From NCBI GenBank assembly GCA_012974315.1, contig JAAXQI010000085.1:1-37210 (forward strand): DNA of 37,210 bases, read 5' to 3'. A program made the translations under genes and the position numbers. This document shows, piece after piece, positions 1-9,376 of this stretch (its first letter is position 1; each line of letters begins with the position of its first letter). Origin of the DNA: Desulfobacterales bacterium (GTDB lineage: Bacteria > Desulfobacterota > Desulfobulbia > Desulfobulbales > BM004). The notes under the pieces were generated by a model that saw nothing but the letters and a program-made list of their open reading frames with translations, was not told the DNA's origin and searched no databases.

Positions 1-87
1 ATCTTTTCCTGTCCTGATTGCAAATCCAGTGCAATAAAAATTACCAGGGGAGATGAGATGCAGATTGTTGATATGGAGGTTAATTGA
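1..87 (+). CDS. 3' end of an ORF entering from the left edge (C-terminal fragment with a CPDC zinc-ribbon-like motif)
   Basis: Frame 1 is open from nt 1 to TGA at 85-87: IFSCPDCKSSAIKITRGDEMQIVDMEVN*. Too short to assign a family. Confidence 0.3.
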   Translation: MFSCPDCKSSAIKITRGDEMQIVDMEVN

Positions 88-167
88 GATTTTAAAATCC
101 GTCTTAAGAACCATGATAATAAAATGAATATCTTCATTTTTCTATAAAAAACCCCGAGGTAAACCCA

Positions 168-1022
168 ATGACAAGATTCTTAAGAGTTGCAATGACAATA
201 CTTTTATTGCTGCTTGTGAGTTTTATCCCATTTACAGCCCAGTCCGAGGTTGATTGGGACATTTCAAATGCGATTCAGCTTGATGAAACGCCAATAGATG
301 TTGCCCAGGCCCAGGGAGGTGAATTGACTTATCTCCTCACAGACCAGGCTAAAGTGTACATCTATTCTGTTGCAGGCAAACTGGTGGGAACAATCCCGGT
401 TGATCCTTCTGTGACCGATATTGCGATTTCTGCCAAAGGAGAACAACTCTATCTCATAAACAGTAAACGGAAAACATTAAAAACATATGATATCAGTTTC
501 ATTGTTGACTTCAATGTTGAGGGTTCGCCTTTTCTAGGTCCTGCAGATGCCAAAGTTGTGGTTGCCGTATTCAGCGACTTCCAATGACCTTACTGCGGCA
601 AAATTATGCCGCTGTTTGAGCAGGTGCTCGACAAGTATCCGGATAACGTAAAAATTGTTTTCAAGCATTACCCACTCGCTTTTCACAATCAGGCGCTTCC
701 CGCAGCTCTTGCTTCCATGGCGGCCGGCGAACAAGGAAAATTCTGGGAATATCATGATGAGCTTTTTCTTCATCAGAATAGTTTGTCCAGTGACAAGTAT
801 TTGGAAATTGCTCAGAATTTGGGCCTTGATTTGAAAATGTTTTCTTTAGACATGATGAGGCCTTCAATACGTAAAAAAGTTGAGCAGGATATTAGCGATG
901 CCAAAAAGGCAGGTGTAACAGGCACTCCAACCCTTTTTGTTAATGGCAGGAAAGTTAAAAAGCGTGATTTTGATGCCATGAGTAAATTGATTGATGCTGA
1001 ACTTGCCAAGTTGCAAAAATAG
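168..1022 (+). CDS. Secreted DsbA-like (thioredoxin-fold) thiol:disulfide oxidoreductase, probable selenoprotein with UPYC redox motif (in-frame TGA at 585-587 read as Sec)
   Basis: ORFs 168..587 and 606..1022 are in the same frame (606-168=438=3x146) and separated only by TGA 585-587. The joined sequence reads VVVAVFSDFQ-[TGA]-PYCGKIMPLFEQVLDKYPDNVKIVFKHYPLAFH...QGKFWEYHDELF...GVTGTPTLFVNG. That is the DsbA/Thioredoxin_4 pattern FSDFQCPYC...GTPT with the first Cys replaced by TGA. N-terminal signal peptide MTRFLRVAMTILLLLLVSFIPFTAQS. Confidence 0.7.
593..629 (+). promoter_or_regulatory. Candidate bacterial SECIS region (two small hairpins directly downstream of the in-frame UGA)
   Basis: Hairpin 1: GCGGC (595-599) / GCCGC (608-612) with loop AAAAUUAU, extendable by C593:G614. 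Hairpin 2: GAGC (618-621) / GCUC (626-629) with loop AGGU. Hairpin 1 starts 8 nt after the UGA. Folded by eye only. Confidence 0.4.
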
Positions 1023-1048
1023 AAGACAGAACAGGAAAGTCCAGCCAT

Positions 1049-2038
1049 ATGCCGGAAATGAAGCTCATATTTGAAGATAATAATCTGGCAAGGCTTTTAT
1101 ACGGAGACCTGAACAAGAATCTGACCACTATTGAAAAAAACATTGGCGTCTCAATAAAGGCGCGTGGCAATGAGTTGGCCCTAGAGGGCATGAAGCATGA
1201 AGTTGAAGTTGCTGCCATGGCCCTTAAGCAATTATATGAACTTCTTAAAGCGGGCTATCCGGTTTACCCTTCAGATGTGGCCTATGGGCTTCGCATCCTT
1301 GAACGTTCCTCCAAGGCAAACCTGAAGGAAATATTTCTTGACAGGGTCTATATAACAGCCAATCAGCGCGTGGTTTCTCCCAAGAGCGTCAATCAGAAGA
1401 ATTACATTGACTCAATCAGAAATAATGACATTGTTTTTGGAATCGGGCCGGCGGGAACCGGTAAGACTTATCTGGCAGTGGCAATGGCCATTTCTGCATT
1501 GACCAGCAATCAGGTTAAAAATATAATTTTGACTAGGCCAGCTGTTGAAGCAGGTGAAAATTTGGGTTTTCTTCCTGGTGATATGGCCCAAAAGGTTGAT
1601 CCATATTTGCGCCCGCTCTATGATGCCTTAAATGACATGTTGGGCAGGGAGAAGGTCATTGAATATATTGAAAAAGGGATTGTGGAAATTGCACCCCTGG
1701 CTTTTATGAGAGGCCGGACATTAAATAATGCCTTTGTTATTCTGGATGAAGCACAGAATACATCTCATGAACAGATGCAAATGTTTCTGACTCGTCTGGG
1801 ATTTGATTCTAAAACTGTCATAACCGGTGATATTACCCAGATAGATCTTCCTGGAGGGAAACAGTCAGGGCTTATTGAAGCTTCCCGTATATTGAAGAAA
1901 ATAAAGGGAATAGTTTTTTGTTCCTTTTCGGATGTCGATGTTGTCCGGCATCCACTCGTGCAGGATATCATCCGTGCCTATGCTAAAAAAGAAATGAAGC
2001 CTGGAAAAATAAAATCTATATCAAAACCCAAAAAATAA
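1049..2038 (+). CDS. phoH: PhoH-like ATPase (PhoH/YbeZ)
   Basis: Walker A GPAGTGKTYLAVAMA and Walker B VILDEAQN. Conserved PhoH blocks TRPAVEAGENLGFLPGD and ITGDITQIDLP. Conserved neighbourhood with ybeY. Confidence 0.9.
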   Translation: MPEMKLIFEDNNLARLLYGDLNKNLTTIEKNIGVSIKARGNELALEGMKHEVEVAAMALKQLYELLKAGYPVYPSDVAYGLRILERSSKANLKEIFLDRVYITANQRVVSPKSVNQKNYIDSIRNNDIVFGIGPAGTGKTYLAVAMAISALTSNQVKNIILTRPAVEAGENLGFLPGDMAQKVDPYLRPLYDALNDMLGREKVIEYIEKGIVEIAPLAFMRGRTLNNAFVILDEAQNTSHEQMQMFLTRLGFDSKTVITGDITQIDLPGGKQSGLIEASRILKKIKGIVFCSFSDVDVVRHPLVQDIIRAYAKKEMKPGKIKSISKPKK

Positions 2039-2094
2039 AATCAGTAAAAAAATAAATTATAAACCTCATTAATTTTATGCTGTAATAATCTACA

Positions 2095-3264
2095 ATGCCG
2101 ATTCTTTTTCAGAATAACTTTCAGCACGCATTCCCCCGTGTTAACGAATTGCAAGTTTCAAAAACCGCGGAGTTTCTCCTTGCATTGGCAGGAAGATCTG
2201 ATGCGGAATTGAGTATTCTGCTTGTTGATGACCAGCATATTGCCGAGTTAAATAAAACCTGGCGCCGCAAAAGTGGACCAACCAATGTGCTGTCCTTTTC
2301 ATTAACAGAAGGTGAAGATTTGACAAGGGCCGGGAATTTACTTGGCGATATTGTTATTTCTGTTGATACTGCTGCACGGGAAGCCAGAAAAGAGAGGATT
2401 TCAGTCCATCAGCGTTTAAACGTACTGCTTGTTCATGGCCTTCTGCACCTTCTTGGTTATGACCATGAGAAGTCAGACTCTGAAGCGGAAAGAATGTTTA
2501 GAAAGGAAAGGGAACTTTTACTTGAGTTAAAAAGAAAAAGGAGAGAAGAAATGATAAGACTCGCAGTGAATGTTGATCATGTGGCAACCTTACGTCAGGC
2601 CCGTGGCATCAGCGAGCCTGATCCTGTACTTGCCGCAGGTATCTGTGAACTTGCAGGAGCTGAAGGCATTGTGGTGCACCTGCGTGAGGATAGAAGGCAT
2701 ATCCAGGATAGAGATGTCTTGATACTGCGGCAGACGGTTAAGACCAAACTCAATCTGGAAATGGGGGCTACTCAGGAGATTATAAAATTTGCTCTGAAGC
2801 TTAAGCCGGATATGGTGACCCTTGTTCCTGAAAAAAGGCAGGAGTTGACGACTGAAGGAGGCTTAAATGTTGCCGGGCAAAAAAAGAAGCTAAAAAATGT
2901 TATTTCCCAGATGAATGATAGCGGTATTCCGGTAAGTTTGTTTATTGATCCTGATTCGCGGCAGATTGAGGCATCCCATAATATTGGAGCCACCTTTGTC
3001 GAAATCCATACTGGCAGGTACAGTGATGCAACAAGTGAAGAGGAAACTGAGCAGGAATTTGAACTGATTGTTGCTGCTGCAGAAGAGGCATATGAAGCAG
3101 GCCTGCGGGTGAATGCCGGGCATGGTCTTAACTATGTCAATACAACCCGGGTTGCATCACTTGATACAATTGAAGAGTTGAGCATAGGCCATGCTGTTAT
3201 GGCACGCGCAATTTTTGTTGGACTTGACCAGGCGGTTCGGGAAATGCTTGGCCTTATGATGTAA
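2095..3264 (+). CDS. Fusion of endoribonuclease YbeY (aa 1-~150) with pyridoxine 5'-phosphate synthase PdxJ (aa 153-389)
   Basis: YbeY zinc motif [11 protein letters not shown]. After ...KRKRREE comes a complete PdxJ: [63 protein letters not shown]. One uninterrupted frame. An internal AAGGAGAG SD lies 6 nt upstream of the in-frame ATG at 2551. Confidence 0.85.
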   Translation: MPILFQNNFQHAFPRVNELQVSKTAEFLLALAGRSDAELSILLVDDQHIAELNKTWRRKSGPTNVLSFSLTEGEDLTRAGNLLGDIVISVDTAAREARKERISVHQRLNVLLVHGLLHLLGYDHEKSDSEAERMFRKERELLLELKRKRREEMIRLAVNVDHVATLRQARGISEPDPVLAAGICELAGAEGIVVHLREDRRHIQDRDVLILRQTVKTKLNLEMGATQEIIKFALKLKPDMVTLVPEKRQELTTEGGLNVAGQKKKLKNVISQMNDSGIPVSLFIDPDSRQIEASHNIGATFVEIHTGRYSDATSEEETEQEFELIVAAAEEAYEAGLRVNAGHGLNYVNTTRVASLDTIEELSIGHAVMARAIFVGLDQAVREMLGLMM

Positions 3265-3414
3265 TTTTATGTCCCATTTTCGGTGTTTATACCCCTCAGG
3301 GGGATACTAAAAAGAGTGCTCTGAAAGGGTGCTTACCTGAACCTGGAATACAAAATGATTCACAGATTCAGGATAATTTTAAAGACTCTGTCCGGAAGTT
3401 TCAGTGAGTGGGAG

Positions 3415-4860
3415 TTATTGCTGGGGTAGAGTAATGATGAAAGTTGCTCCTTCTCCTGTTGTGCTTTCAACATCTATTGTTCCGTTGTGCTCTTCGATTA
3501 TGTTTTTGACGATCGCAAGTCCGAGGCCGGTACCTCTATTTTTGTTTGTATAAAATGGTGTAAAAATCATCCCCAGCTTATCTTTGGAGATGCCGACCCC
3601 TGTATCCTTAATCCTGATGACAACGTTTTTCTTGTTCCCTTCTGATGCCTCTAAACTGCTGTTAACAGAAAGAGTCCCGCCGTCCGGCATAGCCTGGACT
3701 GCATTGACAAAAAGGTTAAGAAACACCCTGTAGAGCAAGTTTTGGTCAATATCAATCGGTTTAATTGCCGGGTCAAGGTTTTGTTCAAGCCCTATTTGAT
3801 TTATAGCAAGTTCAGGCTGCAGGAACTCTATTACCTTCAATAAAGGGTCATTGACGTCAGCTGATGCAAAGTTTGGAACCTGAGGTCTGGCAAAATCCAG
3901 GAATTCCCGGACAATATCATTCAGACGGATGGTTTCTGCTACTATGATTTCAGCAAGATGTCTACTGGTGGGTGCCTGTTCTTTCAAGCGCTTGTTCAGG
4001 AGCTCGCCTGTGCTTCGGATAATTCCAAGGGGATTTTTGATCTCGTGTGAAACAGAGGCCACCATTTCTCCAAGAGTTGCCAGTCTTTCAGCATGATGGA
4101 GTTTGCCTTCCAGGCGTCGGCGTTCTTCATCCCTCGCTTTGGTTATCTGGTCTGCTTTGGTAACTATCTGCATGAGTATGAAGAAAAATGTTCCCATGAT
4201 CAGGATGGAAACTATAATAATGGTGAGCTGCAGCCGAAGTATTGCCTCCATGTCATCTGAAAGATCCTGAACCACTTTGGTTACTCCCATAACTTGATCA
4301 GTTCTTTCGCTGAGAGGATTCTCTCTTCGAAAAGGGATGTAGGTCATGAGCTTTGAAGAAATTGGTTCAGACCCGGGTAGGAGATTCAAAAGAGAGGAGT
4401 TTGATATAAGCCGGGAACTGTTGTTCCCCTTGAGAGCATTTTCATATTCAATGCCTCCCATGTCTCTCTTTCCCACCTCCTCTGGAATAGTGCTGTATGA
4501 TATTATGTTTTCATGGGAGTCAAAAATGGTTACTGAATCGACTTTCAAGCCTTCGGTAGTATTGCGTACAACTGTATCGAGCATTTTAAATTGGGATGGA
4601 TTTCTGAGGGCAATTTCTTTGTAACGCAATGCGGTTGGCAGAACAAATTGCAGAAATACCTGCCTGTTAACATGTTCTGCCAGAAGAAGCGAGTATGATT
4701 CGCTCCGATCAAGCATAACCTTTTTAGCATAATTGGATATAACCCAGGAGAGAACCATTGTGGTTATAAGAATTAACCCAAGTCCAGTGAATGAAAAGAA
4801 TTTTACCAACCTGAAAGGTCTGGGTGATTTGATTTTCGATTTTTGAGAACGGATTACCAT
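3415..4860 (-). CDS. Membrane sensor histidine kinase (two TM segments, extracytoplasmic sensor domain, HisKA + HATPase_c); no response regulator adjacent
   Basis: H-box SHEIKNPLGII, N-box LFVNAVQAM, G-boxes KDTGVGI and GTGLGLAIVKNI. TM segments FFSFTGLGLILITTMVLSWVI and IIIVSILIMGTFFFILMQIV. Its ATG abuts the stop of the upstream radical SAM gene. Confidence 0.85.
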   Translation of the reverse strand: MVIRSQKSKIKSPRPFRLVKFFSFTGLGLILITTMVLSWVISNYAKKVMLDRSESYSLLLAEHVNRQVFLQFVLPTALRYKEIALRNPSQFKMLDTVVRNTTEGLKVDSVTIFDSHENIISYSTIPEEVGKRDMGGIEYENALKGNNSSRLISNSSLLNLLPGSEPISSKLMTYIPFRRENPLSERTDQVMGVTKVVQDLSDDMEAILRLQLTIIIVSILIMGTFFFILMQIVTKADQITKARDEERRRLEGKLHHAERLATLGEMVASVSHEIKNPLGIIRSTGELLNKRLKEQAPTSRHLAEIIVAETIRLNDIVREFLDFARPQVPNFASADVNDPLLKVIEFLQPELAINQIGLEQNLDPAIKPIDIDQNLLYRVFLNLFVNAVQAMPDGGTLSVNSSLEASEGNKKNVVIRIKDTGVGISKDKLGMIFTPFYTNKNRGTGLGLAIVKNIIEEHNGTIDVESTTGEGATFIITLPQQ

Positions 4861-6624
4861 TTAGCAGACTCCACAACGTTTGCACAGAGATGTATCACAT
4901 GGGACTGTTGTTTTGGCCTGTAGAGCTTTTTGATATTCGGACCAGAGATATTTACGGTCAATTCCATGGTCAATTATCTCCCAGGGGAACAGCTCATTGA
5001 GGTCCCTTTGACGGGTGGTGTAATCTGCAGGGTTGATATTTTCTTCTTTAAAAGCTTGACGCCATGTGCAATTATGAAGGACCATCTGGAGCAAGGCTCG
5101 TCCGACCCTGCGGTCTCCACGGGAAAGAGTCGCCTGGGAAAACGCCTTTTCCGGGCTTTCCGCCTTGATGCGAATATTCCCCTGGGCACCGATCGTCTTA
5201 CGCAGAAATATTAATTTTTGCTTTAAGCTCGCAACCTCTTCCATGGGGTGAAATTGAAAAGGTGTCCATGGCTTGGGGATAAAACAGTTTATACTAAGAG
5301 TCAAGAGGCTGATTTTCCCTTTAGTACGCCCTATATCTAAAATTTTCCCTTTCACTTTCATGATCAGGGCCACCATTTCATCCAGGTCAGCCTGTGTTTC
5401 AGTTGGCAGGCCGATCATAAAGTAGAGTTTCAGGTTTTTGATCCCTTTCTGTGCAAGAATTTCAACTGCTGCCATCACATCATCTTCTGTTATCCCTTTG
5501 TTGATAACCTGCCGCAAGCGCTCAGAGCCTCCATCTGGAGCAATGGCCGCGCTTTTAAGATTACTTTGGCCCAGCAATTCTGTCAGTGAGGAGCTGATGA
5601 TATCAGCACGCAGGGAAGAAAAGGACAGCGAGCATGATTCGTTCGCCAGGTAGTCTGCTATCAGAGAGACATCTTCCGGTTTAGCCATTTCCATGCCGAG
5701 AAGTCCTATTCGTGAGCAACCATCAGGCCTGGAATCAATTGCATTGATAATGGATTGTGCTTTCCAGAGCCGAGGTGGGCGATAGATGAATCCGGCAGCG
5801 CAAAATCTGCAACCACGACTGCAGCCACGACCGAGTTCTGTCATAAACAGGTTGGAAAATTCAGCCGAGGGCGAGAGAATTTTTGAATGTGCGGCATAGT
5901 CTCCTGGAGAATCCAATATTACTTTTTTAATTCTATCTGGAAGTGAAGGGTAGTTCGAATCTGGGATGGTTGTTAAAAGTTTACCATCGGTATCGTGTTT
6001 AACTTCATAAAAGGCAGGCACATAGCACCCAGGAAGTGCAGAAGCAATTTTTACCAGTAATTCATTTTTGTTCTTGCCAATTCCATCCATTAATTGTTCC
6101 ATAACAGGAATCAATACCGGTTCAGCCTCACCAATAATAAAAAGATCAATAAACGGAGCCAAAGGCTCAGGGTTCATGAATGTGGCAACGCCTCCGGCAA
6201 CAATGAGTGGTTGTCCACCTGCTGCTTGTGCTGTGACGTCAATACTCTTGTTGCTTCTGTGGGAAGCCAGTGAATCGATACCTGCCAATTCAAGCATCAT
6301 AATCAGATTTTGATAGTCCTGTTCAAAACTGACTGAGAAAAGAAGAAAGGGGAAATCAGAGAGCGGCCTGCCGGATTCTACAGATAAAGGTTTGTCGTTT
6401 GATTCAGGGAAAAAGACTCTTTCGGCAACAATAGAATCATCCTGGTTCAGCAGGTCATAAACAAGCTGAAAGCCAAGGTTGGACATACCCAGTGAATAGA
6501 TATTAGGATAGATGAGGGCGACCGGAACTCTATTCTTCCATTTTTTTTTAATACTGCCTTTTTCAAGGGAAAAATATTCGCGAGTGCCCGGAACACCGGC
6601 GGTAAACTTTGAATTCCTGCCCAT
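4861..6624 (-). CDS. B12-binding-domain-like radical SAM protein of unknown function
   Basis: CxxxCxxC cluster GRGCSRGCRFCAAG. N-terminal Rossmann-like block VALIYPNIYSLGMSNLGFQ. C-terminal Cys cluster PCDTSLCKRCGVC. Confidence 0.8.
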   Translation of the reverse strand: MGRNSKFTAGVPGTREYFSLEKGSIKKKWKNRVPVALIYPNIYSLGMSNLGFQLVYDLLNQDDSIVAERVFFPESNDKPLSVESGRPLSDFPFLLFSVSFEQDYQNLIMMLELAGIDSLASHRSNKSIDVTAQAAGGQPLIVAGGVATFMNPEPLAPFIDLFIIGEAEPVLIPVMEQLMDGIGKNKNELLVKIASALPGCYVPAFYEVKHDTDGKLLTTIPDSNYPSLPDRIKKVILDSPGDYAAHSKILSPSAEFSNLFMTELGRGCSRGCRFCAAGFIYRPPRLWKAQSIINAIDSRPDGCSRIGLLGMEMAKPEDVSLIADYLANESCSLSFSSLRADIISSSLTELLGQSNLKSAAIAPDGGSERLRQVINKGITEDDVMAAVEILAQKGIKNLKLYFMIGLPTETQADLDEMVALIMKVKGKILDIGRTKGKISLLTLSINCFIPKPWTPFQFHPMEEVASLKQKLIFLRKTIGAQGNIRIKAESPEKAFSQATLSRGDRRVGRALLQMVLHNCTWRQAFKEENINPADYTTRQRDLNELFPWEIIDHGIDRKYLWSEYQKALQAKTTVPCDTSLCKRCGVC

Positions 6625-6848
6625 AAAAATAAAGGTTAAGCTAAGAGAATGGCCGCATTAATTGCAACACGATTCAGGAAGTTGATTTTCCTGGTTTTGT
6701 TTACGATTGCATAAGAATCAAGTTGTTAATAACCCGTAAAAAAATGAAGCAAAAGATGCAGAGCATATCACCATTAATTGTATGAAACTATAGTAACCAT
6801 ATCGGGGGAGAAGGCAACATAATCTCAAGTTTATATTTTCATTGAAAT

Positions 6849-8039
6849 TTAGTCTGCAGCCTGCCTCAAGTAAGTCGGTGTATCAAGTTCAGCCTCGTCA
6901 AGGGTGCTGGGGAACGGAAGAGATTGTTTTCTGACTATTCCTGGATTACGACGAGTAAAAGTTTTGTTCAGTCTGCTGTTGGAAGAACCCTGTGTTACTC
7001 CATCAGTGACTGAAATGGTTTCTTCTTTGGCTTTATTGTTGGCAACAACCTGAATCGGCCTTTTGATGGTTTGAGCATCTTCCATGCCCGATACCCCGGT
7101 AGCAATTACAGTAACTCGTATCTCATCCCCGAGGCTATCATCAAAAAGTGCACCGACAATAATATTTGCGTCAGGATGAGCTTTCTCCGAAATCAGGTTA
7201 GATGCTTCCATGAATTCATTCATGGTGAGGGAGTTTTCCGAGGCTGAAATATTGATCAGTACGCCTCTGGCGCCATCAATCCCCACATCCTGTAAGAGGG
7301 GATTGTCAATCGCTCGTTTAGCAGCCTCGATTGCACGATTTTCGCCTACACCTACGCCAGCTCCCATCAAAGCGGGGCCTACTTCCTTCATTACGGCACG
7401 CAGGTCTGCGAAGTCGACATTCATATGGCCCGGAAGATTTATCAGGTCGGTAATTCCTTTTACTGCCTGTAAAAGGACCTCGTCAGCCTTTTTCATCATA
7501 TCCATGAGCTTGCTGCCCTTTTGCATAATGGTCAACAGTCGGTCATTGGGTATCGTGATAATAGTATCAACATGTTTTTTTAACTCATTCCAACCCTCAT
7601 CAGCCTTTTTCATCCTTGCCTTTGCCTCAAAAAAGAAGGGTTTGGTAACAACTGCCACAGTGAGTGCTCCCATCTCCTTGCTGATTTTTGCAACGACAGG
7701 TGCCCCACCTGTTCCGGTTCCACCTCCAAGGCCCGCTGTAATAAAAACCATATCTGCTCCCTTGAGTACTCCGCGGATCTCCTCAAGGCTTTCAAGGGCA
7801 GCTTCTTTACCACGTTCCGGGTCAGCTCCGGCACCAAGTCCTTTGGTTATGCCGGGACCAAGCTGCAGGCAGACATCCGCCCTGGAGTTTTCCAGGGCCT
7901 GTATGTCCGTATTGGCAGCGATGAATTCAATACCCTGAAGTTTGTTGTCTACCATTGTGTTAACGGCGTTTCCACCACCACCACCAATACCAATAACTCT
8001 GATTCTGGCCAATGATTCTTCTGCCATCCTGAATTCCAT
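6849..8039 (-). CDS. ftsZ: Cell division protein FtsZ
   Basis: Tubulin signature GGGTGTGGAPV and GIGGGGGNAVN. C-terminal peptide DTPTYLRQ. GGGGGA SD upstream of the ATG at 8039. Confidence 0.97.
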   Translation of the reverse strand: MEFRMAEESLARIRVIGIGGGGGNAVNTMVDNKLQGIEFIAANTDIQALENSRADVCLQLGPGITKGLGAGADPERGKEAALESLEEIRGVLKGADMVFITAGLGGGTGTGGAPVVAKISKEMGALTVAVVTKPFFFEAKARMKKADEGWNELKKHVDTIITIPNDRLLTIMQKGSKLMDMMKKADEVLLQAVKGITDLINLPGHMNVDFADLRAVMKEVGPALMGAGVGVGENRAIEAAKRAIDNPLLQDVGIDGARGVLINISASENSLTMNEFMEASNLISEKAHPDANIIVGALFDDSLGDEIRVTVIATGVSGMEDAQTIKRPIQVVANNKAKEETISVTDGVTQGSSNSRLNKTFTRRNPGIVRKQSLPFPSTLDEAELDTPTYLRQAAD

Positions 8040-8138
8040 CTTCTTTCCCCCTTTTCAGTTACTTTTTGTCTATGAGATCCGTAAATTTTAAAACTGGTTT
8101 TATATTTTAAAATTGTCCATCCTATGTATTTATTCTCT

Positions 8139-9371
8139 TTACAGGTTGCTGCTGAACCAACCTTTCATCATACCAACTACGCCTCCTATTGCTTTTTTCC
8201 CGGGTACTCTCCATTTTTTGCCTGAGGCATTCCTGCTGGCATAAATTACCAACCCGACACCTGTTGCATTCTGTGGTGAGTTAATGCTTTCAGGTGCTTC
8301 ATGGATTTCGCGCGGGTATCCTATTCTGACCGGCAGATCAAAAATCTGTTCAGCAAGATCAACGATATTTTCAAGAAGGGCCGTTCCTCCGCAAATAACG
8401 ACACCGGCATTTAATCTGTCCTTGTATGTAGAATCTATCATCTCCTGGTTGAGGATGATTAACATCTCTTCAATGCGTGGCTCCAGGATTTCACCCATGA
8501 TTTTCTGTTTGACTTTTCGGGGTTTTCTGTCGCCTACAGTTGGTACTTCAATAACATTGTCACCATCTATCATTGAGGTGAGGGCGGAACCGTAACAATT
8601 CTTTAATCGTTCTGCCTCCTGGAAAGGTGTGCGCAATCCTACGGACAAATCGTTGGTCAGGTTATTGCCTCCTAAGCCAAGCTCATATGTGTGCTTGATT
8701 GTTCCCCCGGAAAAGATAGCAAGATCAGAAGTGCCTCCGCCGATATCAAGCAGACCAACCCCAAGGTCCATTTCTTCCCGGGATAAAACTGCATTTGCCG
8801 ACGCCAGTGACTCCAGAACAATATCAGCTACCTCAAGGCCGGCCCTGTTGCAGCACATAACCAGATTATGGACAGATGTTGAGTCACCGGCCACAATGTG
8901 AACATTGGTTACCAGTCTGACCCCGGTCATGCCGAGTGGGTCCTGGATGCCGGTGTGGTCATCCACCATGAATTCCTGAGGGAGAACATGGATGATTTGC
9001 TGGTTTTGTGAGAGATTAACAGCTCTTGCGGCATCTATAACCCGGTCGATGTCATCCTGGCGGATCTCACGGTTTTTTATGCCGACAATGCCAGGACTGT
9101 TAAAGCCCTTGATATGACTTCCGGCAATACCGACACAGACTGTATTGATTTCGCACCCTGCCATTTCTTCAGCTTGTTCTACTGCGTTACGGATGGAATG
9201 AACCGTGCTTTCAATATTAACGACCACGCCCTTTTTTAAACCTATGGAAGGATGGGTACCGATGCCGATAATATCAATTTTCTCCTCGAACACTTCACCA
9301 ATGACAGCACATATTTTTGTGGTGCCGACGTCAAGTCCTACTATCAGTTCTCCCCGCTGCTTCTTTTCCAT
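8139..9371 (-). CDS. ftsA: Cell division protein FtsA
   Basis: Actin-like ATPase motifs VGLDVGTTKICAVIGE and LDIGGGTSDLAIF. C-terminal amphipathic tail GMMKGWFSSNL. Sits between ftsQ and ftsZ. Confidence 0.95.
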   Translation of the reverse strand: MEKKQRGELIVGLDVGTTKICAVIGEVFEEKIDIIGIGTHPSIGLKKGVVVNIESTVHSIRNAVEQAEEMAGCEINTVCVGIAGSHIKGFNSPGIVGIKNREIRQDDIDRVIDAARAVNLSQNQQIIHVLPQEFMVDDHTGIQDPLGMTGVRLVTNVHIVAGDSTSVHNLVMCCNRAGLEVADIVLESLASANAVLSREEMDLGVGLLDIGGGTSDLAIFSGGTIKHTYELGLGGNNLTNDLSVGLRTPFQEAERLKNCYGSALTSMIDGDNVIEVPTVGDRKPRKVKQKIMGEILEPRIEEMLIILNQEMIDSTYKDRLNAGVVICGGTALLENIVDLAEQIFDLPVRIGYPREIHEAPESINSPQNATGVGLVIYASRNASGKKWRVPGKKAIGGVVGMMKGWFSSNL

Positions 9372-9376
9372 CTTTC

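Noticed and set aside
585-587. Reading the DsbA-like gene as a pseudogene or as two separate ORFs split by a nonsense mutation
   Set aside because: The TGA falls exactly on the first Cys of the CPYC redox motif and both halves are otherwise intact and in frame. Sec recoding is the more economical reading, though it remains unproven without the sel genes.
3288-3306. Hairpin TATACCCC-TCA-GGGGGATA between the convergent pdxJ and histidine kinase genes, as a bidirectional terminator
   Set aside because: The stem is short with a 3-nt loop and no U-tract on either strand. That is too weak to call.
7210-7938. 242-aa + strand ORF antisense to ftsZ, and similar long antisense or alternate-frame ORFs at 10631..11194 (murB), 15353..15823 (mraY alternate frame) and 34668..35144 (ileS)
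   Set aside because: Each is fully embedded in a strongly supported conserved gene. The translations are low-complexity (Pro/Ser/Ala/Arg-rich) with no recognisable motifs. These are typical shadow ORFs.
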